Assembly: GCA_031425375.1 (NCBI GenBank)
Contig: JANPJF010000006.1
Coordinates: 224,123 to 256,122 of the forward strand
Reading direction: 5' to 3'
DNA: 32,000 nt
From: Chthonomonas sp.
Lineage (GTDB): Bacteria; Armatimonadota; Fimbriimonadia; Fimbriimonadales; Fimbriimonadaceae
Every line of letters begins with the position of its first letter. The stretch's first letter is position 1. Made by a program: the position numbers and the translations under genes. Below the pieces are notes generated by a model. It was given only the letters and a program-made list of their open reading frames with translations, did not search any database and had not been told where the DNA came from. Shown piece by piece: positions 26,162 to 32,000 of the stretch.

Positions 26162-26713
26162 TTAGCGTTCGGTGCGCCCGAGCCACTTGATGTCGCTCAC
26201 TTGCGCGCAGTGATTGGCGAACCGCGCGAACGTGAACAACCAATCGGACAGACGATTAATATAGATGAGGGTTTCCTCGCGGAATTCGTTCTCTGCTTGG
26301 CTCAGCAGCATCTGGATCTCGGCCCGCCGACATACCGTTCGACAAAGATGCAGGTGGGTAGAAAGCAGACTCCCCCCGGGCAGAATGAAGTTTCGAAGCG
26401 GCTCAAGCTGGTCTGTCCAGACATCAATTTCGCCCTCTAGTTGCGATATGTCTTCCGGGAAGATTGAAGGCTTAAAGTAAGGACTATCGTGCGGCGTCGC
26501 AATCTCCGCCCCCAGGTCGAAGAGCTGACTCTGCACTCGCTCGATGGTGGCCGCGTGGACGGGCTCCGAGGCAGAACTGCGCGCTAATCCGAGGTGAGCA
26601 TTGAGCTCGTCAATCACTCCAAGACACTGGATCCGAGCGTGGACCTTGCCGACCCGATCCCCGCCCACCAAGCCGGTTTCTCCTTGATCACCCGTCTTTG
26701 TATAAATTTTCAT
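26162..26713 (-). CDS. pduO: Cob(I)yrinic acid a,c-diamide adenosyltransferase, PduO type
   Basis: MKIYTKTGDQGETGLVGGDRVGK; VIDELNAHLG; FILPGGS; HLCRTVCRRAE; YINRLSDWLFTFAR. Confidence 0.95.
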   Translation of the reverse strand: MKIYTKTGDQGETGLVGGDRVGKVHARIQCLGVIDELNAHLGLARSSASEPVHAATIERVQSQLFDLGAEIATPHDSPYFKPSIFPEDISQLEGEIDVWTDQLEPLRNFILPGGSLLSTHLHLCRTVCRRAEIQMLLSQAENEFREETLIYINRLSDWLFTFARFANHCAQVSDIKWLGRTER

Positions 26714-27459
26714 TTCGATTTAAGCACCAACCACACGAATCGGGGCAAGTTCTTCAGGTTCTTGATCTTGGTTGGATTTTGAATCGCCCGCCAAAGCCAC
26801 TCCAGTCGAAGTCGTTGCCAAAAAACGGGGGCGCGCTTCACCCGTCCACTGAACACGTCGAACGACCCGCCAACCCCAATCCCGACGCAAGGCCCGAGGA
26901 TATCTCGCACGCTGAGAAAGAATCGCTCCTGTCTAGGCATCCCCATAGCGATGAACACGATATCTGGAGTGGTTGCGGCGACTTCTGCCGCGATCAGATC
27001 GTCATCCGCCGACGGAAAGTACCCATCGTGAACGCCGACGATGTTGCATCCAGGAAACCTGAGCCGCAGCCGTTCAGCCGCCTCTGCTGCTACTCCAGGC
27101 GCCCCGCCAAGAAAATAGAGTCGGTACCCCTTATCTGCGCTGAGTCGGCAGAAGCTTTCAAGAATGTCCACTCCGGTGACCTTCGGAATTCCGGGATGCC
27201 CCTGCTTGGAAAGCGCCCATTGTGTTCCGGCTCCATCTGAGGTCACGAGGCCCGCCTTCTGAATCTCCGAAGCAAACTTCGGATCGTCGTGAGCCAGCAC
27301 AGCGGCGATCGCATTCGCGGTCACCACGAGTTCGCTCCTCTGATCAGCGATAAACCCCTCAATGACCAGCAGGGCCTGAGGTAGATCAACGAGCGCCAGC
27401 GGCACCCCGAGAACTGGGGCAACATCGAACTTCCGGTCCTGGGCCTGCGCAATTATCAC
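26710..27459 (-). CDS. WecG/TagA/CpsF family glycosyltransferase
   Basis: VVTANAIAAVLAHDDPKF, TSDGAGTQWALSKQG, YRLYFLGGAPGVAAEAAERLR, PDIVFIAMGMPRQERF, CVGIGVGGSFDVFSGRVKRAPVFWQRLRLEWLWRAIQNPTK. Confidence 0.94.
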   Translation of the reverse strand: MIIAQAQDRKFDVAPVLGVPLALVDLPQALLVIEGFIADQRSELVVTANAIAAVLAHDDPKFASEIQKAGLVTSDGAGTQWALSKQGHPGIPKVTGVDILESFCRLSADKGYRLYFLGGAPGVAAEAAERLRLRFPGCNIVGVHDGYFPSADDDLIAAEVAATTPDIVFIAMGMPRQERFFLSVRDILGPCVGIGVGGSFDVFSGRVKRAPVFWQRLRLEWLWRAIQNPTKIKNLKNLPRFVWLVLKSK

Positions 27460-27637
27460 GGGAGCACCGCGATTGTACCTACAGCCATACGATTGCTCAA
27501 TCTCCCGAAAAAAGTACGTGTTTTGGGAGAACCATTTCTTTGACGAACGTATCTATGTCATAGTGCGTCGTTAACGCAGGGACAACATCTTTGCGGAACG
27601 ACTACTTCCTTGCATAGGCAGGAGCCCTCTACCAAAA

Positions 27638-28564
27638 ATGCGCAATCGTAAAGCCTTCACGCTCATCGAACTGCTCGTTGTGATCGCGATCATCGCCATC
27701 CTCGCAGCAATTCTCTTCCCCGTCTTTGCCCAAGCCCGAAACGCCGCCAAGAAAACTGCTTCAATCAGTAACCTTAAGCAGCTCGGCCTCGGCGTTGCGA
27801 TGTACACCGGCGATAACGACCAGTGCTACCCGCAGAGTGCATACTCGATCACCACGACAACGATCGACGCCTCAGGCAACCCAGTCCCGGGAGCCGGTGC
27901 CCAAATCTTCTCCGTGTACGATGCACTTCAGCCAAACATGAAGAACATCGACATCTTGAAGTCACCAGGCGAGCCACAGGCGATCAACTGGCAGACCGCG
28001 CTCAGCGCTGTGGGCTGGGTTCGACCTACCACCAATCCAATCCAGTTTGCTGGTTACGCTCCCAACTTCGCCGTATTTGAAGATCCAGGCATCGCTCCTT
28101 CGACCGGTTCAAACGATCCAGTTTGCAGCGAAGGCCTGATCGGATTCCAATCCGAAACGGTGCTGTTCTACGATGCGCAGTTCCGTGCTGTGAACGCAGC
28201 GCCTAAGCTTCCTTCTGGAGAGACTGCTACTTATCAGACGACCTGGTTGAACTCTGTTCCGGCCACGGTCCGAGGTGCATTCCCGAATGGCGTGGCCGCC
28301 TACATTGGCGCGCTCCCTGCCCTGGGTCAGATGAGCCGATACCAGTTCCCTGGCGTTGACCGATATAGCGGCAACATCACGGTTAACTTTGCTGACACCA
28401 GCACGAAGGCAATCCGCTACAACAGCCGATTTGCTAACTCCCTAGATCGAAATGGTGCGATGCAAGTGGTTGGCGGTGCAGAAGTTCCCAACGCGGGCCT
28501 CGCCTACTACCCGCCGTATGACTTCAACGGCATCCCCGGTGTCATCGCCGAACCGCGAAACTAA
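27638..28564 (+). CDS. Type IV/II pseudopilin-like protein (DUF1559-like)
   Basis: [65 protein letters not shown]. Confidence 0.88.
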   Translation: MRNRKAFTLIELLVVIAIIAILAAILFPVFAQARNAAKKTASISNLKQLGLGVAMYTGDNDQCYPQSAYSITTTTIDASGNPVPGAGAQIFSVYDALQPNMKNIDILKSPGEPQAINWQTALSAVGWVRPTTNPIQFAGYAPNFAVFEDPGIAPSTGSNDPVCSEGLIGFQSETVLFYDAQFRAVNAAPKLPSGETATYQTTWLNSVPATVRGAFPNGVAAYIGALPALGQMSRYQFPGVDRYSGNITVNFADTSTKAIRYNSRFANSLDRNGAMQVVGGAEVPNAGLAYYPPYDFNGIPGVIAEPRN

Positions 28565-28587
28565 TTCGCAGTCGACGTAACACCAAG

Positions 28588-28622
28588 AAATCGCCCGGCC
28601 AATTGGCCCGGGCGATTTTTTT
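28588..28622 (+). terminator. Rho-independent terminator downstream of pseudopilin gene
   Basis: AAATCGCCCGGCCAATTGGCCCGGGCGATTTTTTT: GC-rich inverted repeat followed by a T run. Confidence 0.9.
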
Positions 28623-28657
28623 GTGCGCTGACCCTGATGCCCCGGCGTACGTAAGGC

Positions 28658-28663
28658 TAAAAT
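28658..28663 (+). promoter_or_regulatory. Putative -10 element for sdhB
   Basis: GGCTAAAATAGAA, 12 nt before the ATG and just after the upstream terminator. Confidence 0.45.
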
Positions 28664-28675
28664 AGAAGTGACGCT

Positions 28676-29455
28676 ATGCCGAGCAAAATTCGCCTAAAAG
28701 TCCACCGTCAAGTGAGCAAGGACGCTCAGTCCCACTTCGACGTGTTCGAGATCCCCTACAAGGAGAACATGAACGTGATCTCCGCCCTGATGGAGGTTCG
28801 CAAAAACCCGGTGACTATTGAAGGCACTCGCGTCGCCCCCCCGATTTGGGATGCAGCCTGTCTCGAAGAAGTCTGCGGCTCCTGCACGATGAATATTAAT
28901 GGCGGCATTCGCCAAGCCTGCAGCGCGTTGATCGAAGACTGTTCCACCGCCGTCGGGGACGCTTACGAAGTCACGCTCGAGCCGATGAAGAAATTTCCGC
29001 TCGTGCGCGACCTCAGCGTGGACCGCTCCCAGATGTTCGAGAACCTCAAGAAGGTCAAAGCATGGGTGCCCATTGACGGTTCCTATGATCTCGGCATGGC
29101 CCAAGCCCAAGACGATCACGTACGCCAACTGCGCTACGCCTTGAGCCGATGTATGACTTGCGGTTGCTGCATCGAAGCCTGCCCACAGATTAACGAGAAA
29201 TCCGAGTTCGTCGGCCCCCAGGCGATTGGCCAAGCCCTCCTCTTCAACCTGCATCCGGTCGGGAGTAGCCTCACAGAAGACCGTCTGGAGTACCTCACCA
29301 CCAGCGAAGGCATCACGGGTTGTGGCAACGCCCAGAACTGCGTCAAGGTCTGCCCCAAAGGCGTCCCCCTCACCGTCGCCATTGCCCGCCTAAACCGCGA
29401 CACCACCGTTTACAAACTAAAGCGCTGGATGGGCTTTGCTGGGAACGACAAGTAA
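28676..29455 (+). CDS. sdhB: Succinate dehydrogenase/fumarate reductase iron-sulfur subunit
   Basis: CLEEVCGSCTMNINGGIRQAC, CMTCGCCIEACPQINEKSEFVG, CGNAQNCVKVCPKGVPL. Confidence 0.93.
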   Translation: MPSKIRLKVHRQVSKDAQSHFDVFEIPYKENMNVISALMEVRKNPVTIEGTRVAPPIWDAACLEEVCGSCTMNINGGIRQACSALIEDCSTAVGDAYEVTLEPMKKFPLVRDLSVDRSQMFENLKKVKAWVPIDGSYDLGMAQAQDDHVRQLRYALSRCMTCGCCIEACPQINEKSEFVGPQAIGQALLFNLHPVGSSLTEDRLEYLTTSEGITGCGNAQNCVKVCPKGVPLTVAIARLNRDTTVYKLKRWMGFAGNDK

Positions 29456-29480
29456 CCGGCCCCCAACCGGGCCACTCGGC

Positions 29481-29486
29481 TAAAAT
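29481..29486 (+). promoter_or_regulatory. Putative -10 element for dsbD
   Basis: GGCTAAAATGGAA, almost identical to the element before sdhB. Confidence 0.45.
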
Positions 29487-29490
29487 GGAA

Positions 29491-29515
29491 CCTAATCCGC
29501 TGGGAAGGGATTAGG
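29491..29515 (+). promoter_or_regulatory. Inverted repeat in the dsbD leader/RBS
   Basis: CCTAATCC-GCTGGGAAG-GGATTAGG, perfect 8-bp arms ending 6 nt before the ATG at 29522. Confidence 0.5.
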
Positions 29516-29521
29516 AATTCT

Positions 29522-31321
29522 ATGAATCGATTGGTCGCACTGCTCGTGCTCTTGATGGGTGTCTTTGGCTTGGTTTTCGGCCAAGACTCCCCGCCCACCC
29601 TCAAAGTCGAGTTGAAGTCGACCACCGCCGCCCCCGGGCAGCTCGTCGAAGGCACCGCCACCGTTACCTTCGGCCCCAACCTCCACGGTTATCAGAACCC
29701 CCAGGAGGATGAGTCCATCATCCCCATCGTTCTCTCGGCCACGGGTGCAACGCTCGACAAAATCGAATATCCCACGGGCGAAAAGAAGATTGTCGGTGGC
29801 TTGCCGGACCCCTACTTCGTGCACTCTGGCACGATTCAGATTCCATTCAGCTTCAAGGCCCCAAACGAGGTGACCGCAGACGGGATCAAGTTCACCTTCT
29901 CTTACCAGCAGTGCGACGATAGCCAGTGCTTCGCGCCCTCGCAAGTAGAACAGGCCGTCGCGCTCACCGTTTCCGGCGAAGCCGTGGAAACCACGCCCCC
30001 GCCACCCGCGCAAGTCACCTCCACTGAGGCAGGCGGGCTCGGCAAGTTCTTACAGGATTCCTTCGCGAACAAGAATTGGGTCGGATTGGCCCTCGTGTTG
30101 ATCCTCATTGGCCTCGCGATTAACCTCACGCCCTGCGTCTATCCGCTCATCCCGGTCACCATCAGCTTCTTTGCGGGGCAGGCCAATGACGATGGCAAAG
30201 GGCGGGCTGCGCTTGCCGCAACCTACATGTTCGGCATCGCGATCAGCTACGGCATAGTCGGCGCGATCGCAGCGGTTTCCGGTGGCGTCTTCGGCCAGCT
30301 CTTCCAGCTCGCCTGGTTCAACATCGCGCTGGGCGTGTTCATGATCGTGCTCGCACTTTCGATGTTCGATCTTTATCAAATCGGCATCCCGCCGGCGCTC
30401 AGCAAGCACTTGAAGGGGCGCTCTGGACCGGTCGGGGCGTTTCTGATGGGCATGCTCGTCGGCATTGGCGCGGCGCCTTGCGCCGGTCCGATCATCGTCC
30501 TCCTGCTCACCGAATTGACCAAGGTCAACATCCCAACCCTCTCGGTGGTGTCATTCTTGCTCGTGGGATTCGGCATGGGCATCCCCTATTTCGTGCTCGG
30601 CCTGGTCAGCAATCCGCGCTCTGCGCTGCCCAAGGCGGGCGGATGGATGAAATCCGTCAAGGCCATCATGGGCCTCGCCGTGATCTACTTCGGCATTCAG
30701 TACTTCATTCAAGCAATGCCTCAGCTCGCCGACCCAGCGGTCGAACCGAAGATCTGGATCGCCTTCTTCCTCGCTAGCGCGCTGTTCCTCTTCTGGTGGG
30801 ATCGCAAAGCCGCCGACGCCCGAACGTGGAACATCAAGGGCGCGGGCATCCTCCTCGCCGGGATTCTGGCGGGCACCGCCTACTCCGGGATGATCGCCGA
30901 GCAGAAGCTCGACGCCACCCGCGAAGAGTTTAAAAAGCTCCTCGGAAGCGGCGGAACGACCAAGGTTTCTGAGTTCGATAAGTTCACCAACGAGAGTTGG
31001 GAGGCCGCCAAGGCCAGCGGGAAACCGATCTTTGTGGACTTCACCGCCAACTGGTGCGTGAAGTGCAAAGTCATTGAGAAAGAGGTCTTCGAAGATCCCC
31101 GATTCATCGGCGCAACCCAAGATGTTGTCCTCCTCAAAGTAGACCACAGCACGGGAATTGACCCCAAATACATCGAAGAGACCACCAAAATGTTCGGCGT
31201 GCGCGGCTTGCCGCACATGGTCATCGCCAAACCAGGCGGGGACATCGGATTGACCTTCAACGAACTGCATTCGGTCGCGGAACTCGAGGAGTTCTTCGTG
31301 AAAGCTGGAGTAACGAAGTGA
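29522..31321 (+). CDS. dsbD: Thiol:disulfide interchange protein DsbD
   Basis: N-terminal DsbD-alpha-like domain after a signal peptide; TM core LTPCVYPLIPVTISFFAGQ and GIGAAPCAGPIIVLLL; thioredoxin-like end with VDFTANWCVKCKVIEKEVF. Confidence 0.94.
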   Translation: MNRLVALLVLLMGVFGLVFGQDSPPTLKVELKSTTAAPGQLVEGTATVTFGPNLHGYQNPQEDESIIPIVLSATGATLDKIEYPTGEKKIVGGLPDPYFVHSGTIQIPFSFKAPNEVTADGIKFTFSYQQCDDSQCFAPSQVEQAVALTVSGEAVETTPPPPAQVTSTEAGGLGKFLQDSFANKNWVGLALVLILIGLAINLTPCVYPLIPVTISFFAGQANDDGKGRAALAATYMFGIAISYGIVGAIAAVSGGVFGQLFQLAWFNIALGVFMIVLALSMFDLYQIGIPPALSKHLKGRSGPVGAFLMGMLVGIGAAPCAGPIIVLLLTELTKVNIPTLSVVSFLLVGFGMGIPYFVLGLVSNPRSALPKAGGWMKSVKAIMGLAVIYFGIQYFIQAMPQLADPAVEPKIWIAFFLASALFLFWWDRKAADARTWNIKGAGILLAGILAGTAYSGMIAEQKLDATREEFKKLLGSGGTTKVSEFDKFTNESWEAAKASGKPIFVDFTANWCVKCKVIEKEVFEDPRFIGATQDVVLLKVDHSTGIDPKYIEETTKMFGVRGLPHMVIAKPGGDIGLTFNELHSVAELEEFFVKAGVTK

Positions 31322-32000
31322 ATCCGTTCAAGATTCGGGAGCTCGAAGTTGGCACCGGCAACCTGACGATCATCGCCGGCCCGTGCCTGGCCGAATCACG
31401 CGAGCTGTGCTTCGAGGTCGCCGAGCGCATGAAGGCGCTTTGCGGGCAGTTTGGGTTCGGCTACGTCTTCAAAGCCAGTTTCGACAAGGCGAATCGCACC
31501 AGCGGCGGCTCCGTTCGCGGCGCGGGCATGGAGGCTGGGCTCGAAATCCTAAGCGATATCGCGCAAAAGCTCGATTTGCCGGTGACTACCGACATCCATT
31601 TGCCCGACCAGGCCGCGCCCGTCGCAGAGGTCGTGGATATCCTCCAAATCCCGGCGTTTCTCTGCCGTCAGTCGGACATCTTGGAAGCCGCCGCGAAGAC
31701 CGGCAGGCCCGTCAACGTCAAAAAGGGCCAGTTTCTCGCCCCTTGGGACGCCAAAAACATCGTCGAAAAGCTGCGCTCGTTCGACGCGAACGGCATCATG
31801 CTGTGCGAGCGCGGCACCAGCTTCGGCTACAACACGCTGATCGTGGACTTCCCCGGCTTGGAAACGATGCGCTCCTACGGCGTCCCGGTTTGCTTTGACG
31901 CGACCCACAGCGCCCAGCGTCCGGGCGGCGCGGGCACCAGCACCGGCGGCGTCCGCGAGTCCATTCCGGCGATGGTCCGAGCCGCGCTCGCGGTGGGCGT
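31318..32000 (+). CDS. kdsA: 2-dehydro-3-deoxyphosphooctonate aldolase (Kdo-8-P synthase), partial at window end
   Basis: Reading from GTG 31318: VNPFKIRELEVGTGNLTIIAGPCLAESRELCFEVAERMK...FKASFDKANRTSGGSVRGAGMEAGLEILSDI...VDILQIPAFLCRQSDILEAAAKTGRPVNVKKGQFLAPWD...LCERGTSFGYNTLIVDFPGL...CFDATHSAQRPGG. Overlaps the dsbD stop (GTGA). Confidence 0.95.
   Translation, partial: MNPFKIRELEVGTGNLTIIAGPCLAESRELCFEVAERMKALCGQFGFGYVFKASFDKANRTSGGSVRGAGMEAGLEILSDIAQKLDLPVTTDIHLPDQAAPVAEVVDILQIPAFLCRQSDILEAAAKTGRPVNVKKGQFLAPWDAKNIVEKLRSFDANGIMLCERGTSFGYNTLIVDFPGLETMRSYGVPVCFDATHSAQRPGGAGTSTGGVRESIPAMVRAALAVG

Noticed and set aside
31383-31908. 171-aa + and 119-aa - ORFs near the window end
   Set aside because: The true frame is kdsA (from 31318), whose conserved motifs are clear; both listed ORFs are shadow frames.

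Overview
The window looks chromosomal, dense and mostly housekeeping. Gene content (Kdo synthesis, DsbD, flagellar hook genes, a lone DUF1559-style pseudopilin) suggests a diderm, possibly Armatimonadota/Fimbriimonadia-like; this is inference only. Order: partial GT4 glycosyltransferase (-); four tandem TPR + SPINDLY/OGT-like (GT41) glycosyltransferases (+, 0.6-7.7 kb); a minus-strand overlapping chain of HAD phosphatase, a 1066-aa AT-hook-rich protein with a glycoside-hydrolase-like core, and era; a flagellar hook module (fliK-flgD-TIGR02530-like-flgE); DoxX and MerC-like membrane proteins (-); class II aldolase, hisS, a secreted beta-barrel-like protein and a J-domain-like protein (+); proline dehydrogenase and feoB/feoA (-); an OYE-family oxidoreductase (+); a LolA/DUF2092-like protein, a PduO-type adenosyltransferase and a WecG/TagA/CpsF transferase (-); a type IV/II pseudopilin, sdhB, dsbD and partial kdsA (+). 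The best candidates for follow-up are the four-gene GT41 array and the fusion-like protein with four AT-hook motifs at its N terminus, a GH42/beta-galactosidase-like central region and an Arg-rich tail. No CRISPR array, tRNA/rRNA gene, transposase or recognisable defence system was found by eye.
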